From Pseudomonas aeruginosa (GTDB lineage Bacteria; Pseudomonadota; Gammaproteobacteria; Pseudomonadales; Pseudomonadaceae), in the NCBI RefSeq assembly GCF_001457615.1, contig NZ_LN831024.1, positions 5,430,001 to 5,462,000 on the forward strand: a DNA stretch of 32,000 nucleotides. Reading direction: 5' to 3'. Below the pieces are notes generated by a model, which did not search any database, was not told the origin of the DNA, and saw nothing but the letters and a program-made list of their open reading frames with translations. Positions within the stretch are counted from its first letter, which is position 1. Each line of letters starts with the position of its first letter. A program made the position numbers and the translations under genes. This document shows, one piece after another, positions 22,572 through 31,819 of the stretch.

Positions 22572-23807
22572 ATGTCCTTTTCCCGCACTCTCGGCGACGG
22601 CCGGATCAATCTCGAACAGCAACGCAAGCGCGCCAAGGAGCTGTTGCGCCAGTGGCGCCGCGACCCGGCCAGCCGTACAGGGCTTCCGGGGCAGGAGCCG
22701 CGCCTGGCCGACGCCCAGTGGCAGGTGGCGCGCGAGCTGGGCTTCGCCAGTTGGCCGCGACTCAAGGCGCATGTCGACGCCATCGCCTTCGCCAGCCGCC
22801 ACCCCGATCTGGTCGGCGGCGATGAGGCCGCGACCCTGCACCTGCGCTGCGGCAACGACATCGCCCACGGCCTGAAGCTCGCCGGCTTTCGCGGCGACTT
22901 CCGGATGTTCGCCGACCCGCTGACCATGGGACCGGTGCCGAACCTGCCGTTGCCCGAGTTCCTCGCCCTGCGCAGCGACTACCTGAGCCGCGCCTTCGAC
23001 CTCGACCCGGCCGACGCCCAGGCCCGCCAGCGCCAGGAATACGCTGGGCTCGAGCGGCTCGGAGAATACTCGCGGGTGGCCCTCTGGTGCGAGGCGGACG
23101 CCTACGACCAGTTGTTCCTGGTCCGGGTGCTGGCCGGCATGCAGACGCCGCCGGAGCATCTGGAACTGATCGAGATCGACCGCGTGCCAGGCGTCGAGCG
23201 CTTCGTCGGCATCGGCCAACTGGCGCCTGAGCTGCTCGCCTGGCTATGGACTCGGCGTCGCCCGCTGGACGCAGAAGCCCTGACGCTGGCCCGCGCGGCC
23301 TGGGAAGCCTACCGCGATCCGGCGCCACTGCGCTGGGCGCAACTGGCCGCAGCGCCGACCCCGGCGCTACCGTTGCTGGGGCCGGCGCTGCGTCGGCAAC
23401 TGCATGAACTGCCGGCCCTGCGCGACGGCCTGTCGCTGAGCGAACGGCTGACACTGGAGATCGTCCGCGACGGCGAGCGGCCGAGCGCCGGTCAGGTCTT
23501 CGCCGAGCTGACCGCACGGCGCGAGCCGCTGCCCTATCTCGGCGACCTGATGTTCCGCGTCCTGCTCCGCGCGCTGCTGGAAGAGCCCGGTGCGCTGCTG
23601 CGCACGCCGGCGCCGGAACTGCCCTGGGAACGCCAGCCGCTGGCGCTGACCGCTGCAGGCCGCGAGGTCCTGGCCGGGCGGCGCTACCGCCTCGACCTCG
23701 GCGCCCCCGAACGCTGGGTCGGCGGCGTACGCCTGCGCGCCGGCACCGCGCACTGGGCTCTGGACGAGCAGGACCGGCCGGTATGGCGGGAGGACCCACG
23801 GCACTGA
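22572..23807 (+). CDS. DUF1835-domain protein with N-terminal helical module common in bacterial ankyrin-like proteins
   Basis: LADAQWQVARELGFASWPRLKAHVDAI followed by TLHLRCGNDIAHGLKLAGFRGDFRMFADPLTMGPVP. Confidence 0.7.
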   Translation: MSFSRTLGDGRINLEQQRKRAKELLRQWRRDPASRTGLPGQEPRLADAQWQVARELGFASWPRLKAHVDAIAFASRHPDLVGGDEAATLHLRCGNDIAHGLKLAGFRGDFRMFADPLTMGPVPNLPLPEFLALRSDYLSRAFDLDPADAQARQRQEYAGLERLGEYSRVALWCEADAYDQLFLVRVLAGMQTPPEHLELIEIDRVPGVERFVGIGQLAPELLAWLWTRRRPLDAEALTLARAAWEAYRDPAPLRWAQLAAAPTPALPLLGPALRRQLHELPALRDGLSLSERLTLEIVRDGERPSAGQVFAELTARREPLPYLGDLMFRVLLRALLEEPGALLRTPAPELPWERQPLALTAAGREVLAGRRYRLDLGAPERWVGGVRLRAGTAHWALDEQDRPVWREDPRH

Positions 23808-23884
23808 CGCTCATCGCCCGGACGAGCGCAACGGGCGCGCAGCCACTATCATTGCGCGCCCGTTTTCCCCGCCCCCGCCCGCCG

Positions 23885-24277
23885 ATGAAGAAGATCCCGC
23901 TCGCCGCCGCCGACCCCGACCGCCTGGATACCTGGGTGAAATACCGCGAAGGCCTGTGCGGCGAGTGCAACGCGACCTGCTGCACGCTGCCGGTGGAAGT
24001 GCGCATCGACGACCTGATCCGCATGCGACTGGTCGACGAGTTCGAGCGCGAGGAACCGGCCAAGCGAATCGCCAAGCGACTGGAAAAGGATGGCGTGATC
24101 GAGCACTTCAACCACAAGCGCGAGATCTTCACCCTCACCCGCATGGCCAACGGCGACTGCCTGTACCTCGACCGCAAGACCCGCCTGTGCACCATCTATG
24201 CCCGCCGCCCGGACACCTGCCGCAACCACCCGCGCATCGGCCCGCGTCCCGGCCACTGCGCCTACCGGCCGAAGTAG
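23885..24277 (+). CDS. YkgJ-family cysteine cluster protein
   Basis: GLCGECNATCCTLPVEV ... CLYLDRKTRLCTIYARRPDTCRNHP; start at MKKIPLAAAD. Confidence 0.85.
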   Translation: MKKIPLAAADPDRLDTWVKYREGLCGECNATCCTLPVEVRIDDLIRMRLVDEFEREEPAKRIAKRLEKDGVIEHFNHKREIFTLTRMANGDCLYLDRKTRLCTIYARRPDTCRNHPRIGPRPGHCAYRPK

Positions 24278-24279
24278 CC

Positions 24280-25716
24280 TCAGCCAGGCGGCGCCACACC
24301 CTGGCATAGCTGGTACTGTCCCACCGGCGGCCGGCAGCGCAAGCGCTGGCGCACCTCGTCGGGCAAGGCGCCGAACGAACGCGAGCGGATCGCCAGCAGG
24401 GCGTCGCGACGCAACCAGCCGGCCAGTTCGCTGTCCTCCGCCCGTTGTGCCCGCCCGCCGCTGTAGAACACTGCCGAGTACGGCCGCTTCGGCCAGAACA
24501 CCAGCGGCCGCTCGCGCCAGCCGGCGTCGCTGGCCAGCAGCGCGGCGGTGGACTTCTGCTCGGCGCGCGAGCCCAGCAGCAGGGAGCCGAGGAACAGCGC
24601 GAACAGCAATGGCGTCAGCGCCAGGCAGGCCAGCCCGCCACGCCGCAGCCAGGCGCTGCGCGCCAGCGGCGCGCGCAGCAGGTCGGCGGCGAGCAACGCC
24701 AGGGCCGGCAGGCCGGGCAGCACGTAGGTCCAGAGGACGTTGCCGGCGAAGGTGAAGAACAGGCACGGCGCCAGTCCCCAGAACAGCCAGTAGCGCCTGC
24801 GCGAGGCGACGCCATCGACCACCTCCCCGCGCTGGCGCCAGCCCAGCCAGAGCAGCAGCGGCAACCAGAGGCTCCAGGGAAACGCGGCGGCCAGCAGGAA
24901 CAGCCAGACGCTGCCGTAGGGATAGGCGTGGGCATTGCCGTAGCGGTCGCCGTCCCAGCCGGCGGTGACGAAGCGCTGCCAATGCTCGCCGAGCAGGAAG
25001 TACTCGAGGAAGCCCGGCGTCTTCAACTCCGCCAGCAGGTACCAGGGCGCCGCCACCAGGAGCATCAGCAGGCTTCCGCGGATCCATGGCAGGCCCCGCC
25101 AGAGCGCGCGCCAGCGCCACTCCAGCAAGGCCCACAGGCCGATCGGCAGTCCGGCGAGGATCAGCGTCAGCGGCCCTTTCGCCAGCAGCCCGAGGCCGAG
25201 GCCGAGGAACATCAGCCAGCCCTCGCGGCGCCGGATTCCCTCCGCGCCATGCAGGCCCAGCCAGAAGCCGCGCATGGTCAGGACCAGGGCCAGGGCCAGG
25301 GCCATGTCGGTCATCACCGCCCCGGAGGCGACGAAGAACAGCGCCGAACTGCCCAGCAGGACGCAGGCGATCCGCGCCTGCCGACGATCTTCGCGAGCCT
25401 GCCAGTCCCATACCAGCCACAGCACCAGCACGCCCAGCAACCAGTGCGGCAGGCGGCTGGCGAACTCGTTGGCGCCGAGCAGAAGCTGGCCGCCGGCGCT
25501 GAGCCAGAAGGCCAGCGGCGGCTTGCCCCAGAACGGCACGCCGACGTCGTACCAGGGCGTGATCCAGTCGCCCTGTTCGGCCATCTTCCGCGCCACCTCG
25601 CCATAGCGGGCCTCAGTGGTGTCCATCAGCGGATAGCTGCCCAGGCTCAGCAGGCGGATGGCGAAGGCCAGGGCGAGCAGGAACCAGGCCAGCGGCCAGC
25701 CGCGCAGCGCCCTCAC
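24280..25716 (-). CDS. ArnT/PMT-family (GT39/GT83-like) integral membrane glycosyltransferase
   Basis: LGSYPLMDTTEARYGEVARKMAEQGDWITPWYDVGVPFWGKPPLAFWL is the signature N-terminal loop; GTG start overlaps stop of upstream GT2 (GTGA). Confidence 0.88.
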   Translation of the reverse strand: MRALRGWPLAWFLLALAFAIRLLSLGSYPLMDTTEARYGEVARKMAEQGDWITPWYDVGVPFWGKPPLAFWLSAGGQLLLGANEFASRLPHWLLGVLVLWLVWDWQAREDRRQARIACVLLGSSALFFVASGAVMTDMALALALVLTMRGFWLGLHGAEGIRRREGWLMFLGLGLGLLAKGPLTLILAGLPIGLWALLEWRWRALWRGLPWIRGSLLMLLVAAPWYLLAELKTPGFLEYFLLGEHWQRFVTAGWDGDRYGNAHAYPYGSVWLFLLAAAFPWSLWLPLLLWLGWRQRGEVVDGVASRRRYWLFWGLAPCLFFTFAGNVLWTYVLPGLPALALLAADLLRAPLARSAWLRRGGLACLALTPLLFALFLGSLLLGSRAEQKSTAALLASDAGWRERPLVFWPKRPYSAVFYSGGRAQRAEDSELAGWLRRDALLAIRSRSFGALPDEVRQRLRCRPPVGQYQLCQGVAPPG

Positions 25717-26687
25717 GGATTGGCCCCGCCGACCTGCGCCGGCAGGTAGCGGTCGATCAGGTAGAGCGGGCGGCGCCGCGCTTCCATGGTCATCCGCCCG
25801 AGGTATTCGCTGCATACGCCGATGGCCAGCAGTTGCAGGCCACCGATCAGGAACAGCGCGGCGATCACCGGCCAGTGCTCGTGGATCTCCTGTTGGCCGA
25901 AGATCCCGGCGAGCAGGGTCGCCAGGGCCGCCAGCAGGCTGAGCAGACCGAGGTAGCCGGCGACCTTCAGCGGCGCGGTGGAAAACCCGGTGATGCCCTC
26001 CAGGGCGAAGTTCCACAGCCGCCAGTAGCGCCACTTGCTGTGGCCGGCGACGCGAGCGGCGCGGCTATAGGCGATATCGACCTGGCGGAAACCGACCCAG
26101 GCGAACAGTCCCTTCATGAAGCGATTGCCTTCCGGCAGCTCGCAAAGGGCATCGACCACCCGCCGGTCGAGCAGGCGGAAGTCGCCGACGTCGCGCGGGA
26201 TCGGCACCTCGCTGAGGCGGTTGATCAGCCGGTAGAAGGCGCTCGCCGAGGCGCGCTTCAGCCAGCTTTCACCGGCCCGGCTACGGCGGCGCATGTTGAC
26301 CATTTCGGCGCCGCCGATCCAGGCGTCGAGCATCTGCGGGATCAGTTCCGGGGGATCCTGCAGGTCGGCATCGATGACGATCACCGCGGCGCCGCGCGAC
26401 AGCTTGAGCCCGGCGCTCATCGCCTGTTCCTTGCCGAAGTTGCGGGTGAAGCGGGCCACGCCCACCCGGCGGTCGGCGGCCTGTAGCTGGGCGAGGATCG
26501 CCGCGCTGCGGTCGGTGCTGCCGTCGTCGACATAGAGCATCTCGCAATCGTCGCCAAGGTCGCCGAGCACGGCGCCCAGGCGCTGGTGGAAGGCCGGCAG
26601 CACCGCCTCCTCGTTGAACACCGGCACTACCACGCTGAGCAGGCAGGGGGCCTCGAGCTTCGACGCCAGGGAAGGTTCGATCATCAT
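25713..26687 (-). CDS. GtrB/DPM1-like family 2 polyprenyl-phosphate glycosyltransferase
   Basis: LSVVVPVFNEEAVLPAFHQRL, YVDDGSTDRSA, VIDADLQDPPELIPQM, C-terminal two TM helices; ATG overlaps GtrA-like stop (ATGA). Confidence 0.92.
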   Translation of the reverse strand: MMIEPSLASKLEAPCLLSVVVPVFNEEAVLPAFHQRLGAVLGDLGDDCEMLYVDDGSTDRSAAILAQLQAADRRVGVARFTRNFGKEQAMSAGLKLSRGAAVIVIDADLQDPPELIPQMLDAWIGGAEMVNMRRRSRAGESWLKRASASAFYRLINRLSEVPIPRDVGDFRLLDRRVVDALCELPEGNRFMKGLFAWVGFRQVDIAYSRAARVAGHSKWRYWRLWNFALEGITGFSTAPLKVAGYLGLLSLLAALATLLAGIFGQQEIHEHWPVIAALFLIGGLQLLAIGVCSEYLGRMTMEARRRPLYLIDRYLPAQVGGANP

Positions 26688-27046
26688 GAGAAGGTCCAGA
26701 GTCGATGAAGGTGATAGGTCGCCAACAGCAGTGCGCCGGTCGCGGCGAGCTGGGCCAGGCGGTAGTCGAGTCCGGCGAGGTCGCCGAGCAGCAACACCAG
26801 GACGGCGTTGCCGAGTACGCAAAGCAGGCTGACGGCGAAGAAGCGCGGCAGCGAACGGAACACCGGGCCACGGTGGCGGAAAGTCTTCCGGCGATGCCCC
26901 AGGTAGGCAGCCAGAGCCCCGCAGCCTGCTCCCGTCGCGGCGGCCACGGCGGCGCCGACGGCGAAGCCCTCGACCAGGAGGGTCAGCACCAGGTAATGAA
27001 CGGCGGTGGCACCGGCGCCGACCGAGACGAAACGCCCCAGGAGCAT
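26684..27046 (-). CDS. GtrA-like flippase family protein
   Basis: 120 aa, four TM: RFVSVGAGATAVHYLVLTLLVEGF ... YLGHRRKTFRHRG ... YHLHRLWTF. Confidence 0.85.
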   Translation of the reverse strand: MLLGRFVSVGAGATAVHYLVLTLLVEGFAVGAAVAAATGAGCGALAAYLGHRRKTFRHRGPVFRSLPRFFAVSLLCVLGNAVLVLLLGDLAGLDYRLAQLAATGALLLATYHLHRLWTFS

Positions 27047-27282
27047 GCATGGCTTCCTCTGGAAACAACCGACGCCGGCATTCTAGGAAGGTGCGCAAAG
27101 CCCCGCGGTTAGCGCTGCGCAAGCTTCCTGACAGGTTTTCGCAGGGTTCCCCGCGGCAGGCCTGGAAGCCGCGTCGGACAAGGAATACACGGCAGGCAGA
27201 GGTCTGTTACCGGATATGAAAAACGGGTTTTCCGCAGGCCTCGCCGCCGTCGCTATACTGCCCGGCCGATCCGGAGGACCCC

Positions 27283-28644
27283 ATGAGCCTGTTGCGCGAT
27301 GCCTGGCGCCACGCCCCGACCCACCACAGGGTCTGGGCGCTGGCCGGGCCGATGATTCTGTCGAACGTTTCCGTTCCCCTGGTGCACCTGGTGGACAGCA
27401 CGGTGGTCGGCCACCTGCCGCACGCCTACCAGCTCGGCGCGGTAGCCGTGGGCGGCAGCCTGTACACCCTGATGGTCGGCGTGCTCGGCTTCCTGCGCAT
27501 GGGCACCACCGGCTTCGCCGCCCAGGCCGCCGGCCGCGACGATGGCGGCGCGCTGCGCCTGATCCTCGCCCAGGGCCTGGGCATGGCGCTGCTCCTGGCC
27601 CTGCTGCTCGGCGCGCTGGCCCTGCCCCTGAGCGGCTGGGCCCTGCAACTGATGCAACCTTCGGCGGAACTGACCGGCGAGGCCCGCGCCTTCTTCCATA
27701 CCCGCCTGCTCGGCCTGCCGGCGGCCCTGGCCAGCTACGCGCTGGTCGGCTGGTTCCTCGGCACGCAGAACGCACGGGCGCCATTGGCGATCCTGTTGAC
27801 CACCAACCTGAGCAACATCGCCCTGGTGCTCTGGTTCGTCCACGGCCTCGACTGGGGCGTGCAAGGCGCGGCCCGCGCCTCGGTGCTGGCGGAATGGAGC
27901 GGCGCCCTGCTCGGCCTGGCCCTGACCCGCCGCGACCTGGCCCGGCGCCCCGGGCGGGCGCAGTGGCAACGCCTGCGCCACTGGCTGTCGTGGCTGCCGC
28001 TGCTGATGGTCAACCGGGATATCTTCATCCGCAGCCTGGCCCTGCAACTGGTGTTCTTCCTGCTCACCGTACAGGGCACCCGCCTCGGCGACACCACGGT
28101 AGCCGCCAACGCCCTGCTGCTCAACGGCCTGCTCCTGACGTCCTACGCCCTCGACGGTCTCGCCCACGCGGTGGAGGCGCTCTGCGGCCACGCCATCGGC
28201 GCCCGCGACCGAGCCGCCCTGCGCCGCGCGCTGGTGGTGGCCGGTGGTTGGTCGCTGCTGGCAAGCCTGGCGTTCGCCGCGCTGTTCGCCTTGTTCGGCC
28301 ACCTGTTCATCGACCTGCAGAGCGACATCGCCGGCGTCCGCGAAGTCGCCTACGCCTATCTGCCGTACCTGGCCTGCCTGCCGCTGCTGGGGATGTGGAG
28401 CTATCTGCTCGACGGCCTGTTCATCGGCGCCACCCGCGCCCGCGAGATGCGTAACGCGATGCTCGTCGCGGTGGCCGCCAGCCTGCCCCTCGGCTGGCTG
28501 TTGCAGGGGCTGGGCAACCACGGGCTATGGCTGGCGTTCCTCGCCTTCATGCTGCTGCGCGGGCTGGTCCTGGCCGCCTACGGCTGGCGCCTGACCCGCC
28601 GCGATGGCTGGTTCGCCGCTCAGGGCGCCGACAGCGGACGATAG
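27283..28644 (+). CDS. MATE efflux family transporter (DinF-like)
   Basis: ALAGPMILSNVSVPLVHLVDSTVVGHLPHAYQLGAVAVG ... GFLRMGTTGFAAQAAGRDD typical DinF-type MATE motif. Confidence 0.92.
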   Translation: MSLLRDAWRHAPTHHRVWALAGPMILSNVSVPLVHLVDSTVVGHLPHAYQLGAVAVGGSLYTLMVGVLGFLRMGTTGFAAQAAGRDDGGALRLILAQGLGMALLLALLLGALALPLSGWALQLMQPSAELTGEARAFFHTRLLGLPAALASYALVGWFLGTQNARAPLAILLTTNLSNIALVLWFVHGLDWGVQGAARASVLAEWSGALLGLALTRRDLARRPGRAQWQRLRHWLSWLPLLMVNRDIFIRSLALQLVFFLLTVQGTRLGDTTVAANALLLNGLLLTSYALDGLAHAVEALCGHAIGARDRAALRRALVVAGGWSLLASLAFAALFALFGHLFIDLQSDIAGVREVAYAYLPYLACLPLLGMWSYLLDGLFIGATRAREMRNAMLVAVAASLPLGWLLQGLGNHGLWLAFLAFMLLRGLVLAAYGWRLTRRDGWFAAQGADSGR

Positions 28645-28988
28645 GCGAGCATCAGCGGGACGTCGGCAGCGTGCGCGACCTGTACCAGTTCGCTGGCCAG
28701 GCGCCCACCGGGAAACACCAGCACCAGGTCCGGCGCGGCCTCGCCGAGGACGGCCTCGCCATACTCGCGCAGGGCGTTGTCGCTGCCACTGCGCTCCGGA
28801 TAATCGTAGGCGCGCGAATCCGCGCCACGCTCGCGGCACCAGCGCTCGGCCTCGTCCGGCAGGCCGCTGCCGGCATGCAGCAGGTGGCCGAGCAGCGCCA
28901 CCGGTTGCAGGCCGTGGCACTGGTCGAGCGCCAGGCGCAGGCGTTCGGCGTCCTTGAAATGGCGTCCGGCGCAGATCAGGAGGCGCAT
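28620..28988 (-). CDS. SLOG-superfamily / DUF2493 (YspA-like) protein
   Basis: MRLLICAGRHFKDAERLRLALDQCHG ... AERWCRERGADSRAYDYP ... PDLVLVFPGGRLASELVQVAHAADVPLM Rossmann-like pattern. Confidence 0.78.
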   Translation of the reverse strand: MRLLICAGRHFKDAERLRLALDQCHGLQPVALLGHLLHAGSGLPDEAERWCRERGADSRAYDYPERSGSDNALREYGEAVLGEAAPDLVLVFPGGRLASELVQVAHAADVPLMLAYRPLSAP

Positions 28989-30643
28989 GCCGATCCCTCC
29001 CCTTGCCCTGGCTCGTCCGGCCGCTTCGCCATCGGATCGATGCCGCTGCGTTCGAGCAGCGGATAGGCCAGGGCGGTGACATGATGGTGGATGCGTCGGT
29101 AGTCGCGGAGAATGCGCTGGAACACGTCACCGGACTCCACCCAGGCACCACGATCGTCGCGCAGGCGACGGAAGCGCTCGCGACTGGCATCGGCCTCCAG
29201 TCGCTGCAGCAACTTCTTGCGCGCCACCAGGCGCAGCGCGGCGTCCAGGTCTTCGCGAAGGAACGCGCTGATCGCCAGGTGCAGGCTCTCCTCGATCGCC
29301 GCCTGCAACGGCAGCATGCGGCCCAGCTCGAACTCGCTGCCGGCGCGGCTGCGCCCGGCCCAGCGCATCGCCAGGGGCAGCAGGCTGTTGGCGACGAGAT
29401 CGCCGATGTGCTCGATGTTGATGGCGAACAGAAGGATTTCCTGGGCACGATCGGCGTCGCTGTCGCCGAGGCCGTCCTGGCCGAGGTCTGCCAGGTAGGC
29501 GCGGATCGCCGCACTCAACTGGTCGAGGGCCTGGTCCTGGCGACGGATTTCCGCCGCCACCTTCGCCTCCGGTCGCTGCAACAGGCCGCTGGTGGCGCGC
29601 AGCATCAGACTGGCCATGTCGGCCAGCCGCAGGACTTCGCGAGTAGCGTTGGCCAGGCCGATGTTGGCCACCTCCAGCCCGGCTTCGTCGAGGTAGCGCG
29701 GCATGCCCGGGTCGTCGGACTGTGCCTCTTCCGGCAACAGGCGCGCGAGCAGCGCCGCAAGGGGGCCGGTGAAGCCGATCGCCAGCAGTGCCAGGGCCAG
29801 GTTGAAAGCACTGTGGAACCAGACCGCCGCCGCACCGCCGAGTGCGTTGGCCGGCTGCGCCAGCGCCGTCAGCCAGGGCAGCACCAGCAGGCAACCGAGC
29901 AGGCGCACCAGCAGGTTGCCCAACGGCAGGCGCCGCGCCACCCGGCTACCGGCCACCCCCAACGCCGGCAAGGCGCCGCCGAGGTTGGCACCGAGCACCA
30001 GGGCCAGGGCGATGGGCAGCGAGACCAGTCCGGCCTGGGCCAGGGACGCCACCAGCAGTACCACCGCGACACTGGAATGGCAGGCCCAGGTCAGCAGCGC
30101 GGCGAGAAGCAGGGCGATCAGCGGATCGCCTTCGAGGCCGTGGATCACCGCGACAAAGGCTGGCGAGGCCTCGATCTGCTGCAGGGAATGGCCGAGCAAC
30201 GCCAGCGCCAGGAGCATCAGGCCGAGTCCGATCAGGCACTGGCCAAGGCTCTCCAGGCGTGGACCGTCGCCCAGGCGGAACAGCAGCAGGCCGGACAGCA
30301 GGGCCAGCGGCGCCAGCAACGAGGTGTCGAAGCTGAGCAGTTGCACCACCAGGGTGGTGCCGACGTTGGCGCCGAGCATCACTGCCAGCGCCGGCGCCAG
30401 GCCCAGGGTGCCACTGGCAGTGAAGGACGCTGCCATCAGGCTGGTGGCGGTGCTGCTCTGCAGCAGGCCGGTGATGCCGAGCCCGGCGAGCAGGGCCAGC
30501 CAGCGGTTGCCCAGGTGGCGGCCGAGCCAGTTGCGCAGCACAGTGCCGAAACCGCGCAGCACGCCGCTGGAGACCATGTGCGTGCCCCACAACAGGAGGG
30601 CCACGGCACCGGCCAGGTTGATCAGGAGGATGGTTCCCAGCAT
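28976..30643 (-). CDS. Na/Pi cotransporter family protein with C-terminal PhoU-like domain
   Basis: LLLWGTHMVSSGVLRGFG ... LLQSSTATSLMAASF ... MLGANVGTTLVVQLLSF; soluble helical C-terminus; overlaps downstream SLOG gene by 13 nt. Confidence 0.9.
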   Translation of the reverse strand: MLGTILLINLAGAVALLLWGTHMVSSGVLRGFGTVLRNWLGRHLGNRWLALLAGLGITGLLQSSTATSLMAASFTASGTLGLAPALAVMLGANVGTTLVVQLLSFDTSLLAPLALLSGLLLFRLGDGPRLESLGQCLIGLGLMLLALALLGHSLQQIEASPAFVAVIHGLEGDPLIALLLAALLTWACHSSVAVVLLVASLAQAGLVSLPIALALVLGANLGGALPALGVAGSRVARRLPLGNLLVRLLGCLLVLPWLTALAQPANALGGAAAVWFHSAFNLALALLAIGFTGPLAALLARLLPEEAQSDDPGMPRYLDEAGLEVANIGLANATREVLRLADMASLMLRATSGLLQRPEAKVAAEIRRQDQALDQLSAAIRAYLADLGQDGLGDSDADRAQEILLFAINIEHIGDLVANSLLPLAMRWAGRSRAGSEFELGRMLPLQAAIEESLHLAISAFLREDLDAALRLVARKKLLQRLEADASRERFRRLRDDRGAWVESGDVFQRILRDYRRIHHHVTALAYPLLERSGIDPMAKRPDEPGQGEGSACAS

Positions 30644-30685
30644 GGCGGAACTCCCGGTTCGGAATGGATCGTGAAGGGAACGGGC

Positions 30686-30895
30686 TCATTGACCCATGGC
30701 CAGCCTGAGCGATGCACGGTTGAGCGCGCTCGAGCAGTCCAGCAGGTATTTCACTTCGACCTGGCTCAGGCGGCCGCTGGCGTATGCGCGCACGCTGACC
30801 ACCATCAGCAGGTGCGCGGCCTTCGCCAGCAGCCGTGCTGCCAGGCCACAGAGCGCGCGGCGAGACGCGCCCAGGCATTTGCGTACGACGTTCAT
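30686..30895 (-). CDS. Hypothetical small protein, 69 aa
   Basis: MNVVRKCLGASRRALCGLAARLLAKAAHLLMVVSVRAYASGRLSQVEVKYLLDCSSALNRASLRLAMGQ; GAGG-type SD upstream. Confidence 0.5.
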   Translation of the reverse strand: MNVVRKCLGASRRALCGLAARLLAKAAHLLMVVSVRAYASGRLSQVEVKYLLDCSSALNRASLRLAMGQ

Positions 30896-30945
30896 GGCTG
30901 CTTCCTCGGTGGAGGAGCGCGCCGCAGCGCGGCACGCCCTTGGGC

Positions 30946-31722
30946 TCAGAAACGCAAGGTCGCTCCCGAGACCAGCCATCGCTCGCGCTCGCCGCGCAGG
31001 TGGCCGCCGACCAGCAGATCGAGGTCCAGCCGTTCGCCCAGGTGCAGCCGCGGTCCGGCCTGCCAGCCGCTGTCGCCGGCCGACTCGCCGAAGCGTTCGG
31101 CGATCAGGGTCAACGGCTGGCCGACGCGGTATTCCATGCCCACGCCCCAGTTCCAGCGATGCCGGCGCTCGCCCTCGGCGTAGGCATGCCCCAGGCCGAC
31201 CCCGGCGTTCAGGCGCAGGGCCTCGAACGGCTGGTAGCTCAGCGGCAGGTTGAAGCCGGCGCCTTCGAAGGCGTGCCGGCGGTCCAGGTAGAGATCCGCC
31301 GAGAGCGCGAAGGCCAACGCCAGGCCGAGGTCGTCGCGGGCCAGCAGCGGTGTCTTCAGCTCGGGGCTGAGGCGGCTGTGCCGATCGCCTGCGTCGCCCT
31401 CGCGCACCAGCGCCGCGCCGAGCTGCACCGATGGTAGGGCGGAGAAGGTGCAGGCTGGCGACAGCACCGACTGGTAGCGGTTGCCGTGGTGGCGTTCGCG
31501 CTGGTGCCAGGCGTCCAGGTTGCATTCGCCGACGGGATCGATCTCGCCGTCGTCGACCCGGTAGGCGCCGCCCGCGGCGCGAGCCTCGGACAGCAGTGCC
31601 AGCAGCAGGACGCAGGCTAGCGCGGCGGCGACGAAGCCCAGGCGCCAGGACAGGGCGCGTCGCAGCGCGGCCGGCAGCGGTTGGAAAAGGGGCGCCCGCG
31701 GGCGCCGGTCGTGCAGGGTCAT
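30946..31722 (-). CDS. Hypothetical exported protein, probably outer-membrane beta-barrel-like
   Basis: N-terminal signal/TM (LGFVAAALACVLLLALLSEARA), alternating amphipathic strands, C-terminal WLVSGATLRF ending in Phe. Confidence 0.6.
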   Translation of the reverse strand: MTLHDRRPRAPLFQPLPAALRRALSWRLGFVAAALACVLLLALLSEARAAGGAYRVDDGEIDPVGECNLDAWHQRERHHGNRYQSVLSPACTFSALPSVQLGAALVREGDAGDRHSRLSPELKTPLLARDDLGLALAFALSADLYLDRRHAFEGAGFNLPLSYQPFEALRLNAGVGLGHAYAEGERRHRWNWGVGMEYRVGQPLTLIAERFGESAGDSGWQAGPRLHLGERLDLDLLVGGHLRGERERWLVSGATLRF

Positions 31723-31793
31723 GATGCGTCTCTCCATGCGTGGGTCCGGTGTGCGTTGCGCGGCGCGGCGAGGCTTGCCGACGCGCCGGGAAA

Positions 31794-31813
31794 GGCCGGG
31801 ACGAAGCCCGGCC
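31794..31813 (-). terminator. Terminator downstream of mgtA
   Basis: Minus strand GGCCGGG-CTTCGT-CCCGGCC followed by TTT, just after mgtA stop at 31820. Confidence 0.6.
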
Positions 31814-31819
31814 GATCGC

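Noticed and set aside
23849-25420. 523-aa and 434-aa (24445-25749) alternative-frame ORFs over the ArnT-like gene
   Set aside because: Composition-driven shadow ORFs; the real frame carries the conserved ArnT/PMT signature.
27121-27282. Repeated GGTTTTCGCAGG / GGTTTTCCGCAGG and possible SOS (LexA) box upstream of the DinF-like MATE gene
   Set aside because: The two copies are imperfect and far apart, and no convincing LexA consensus is present; insufficient support.
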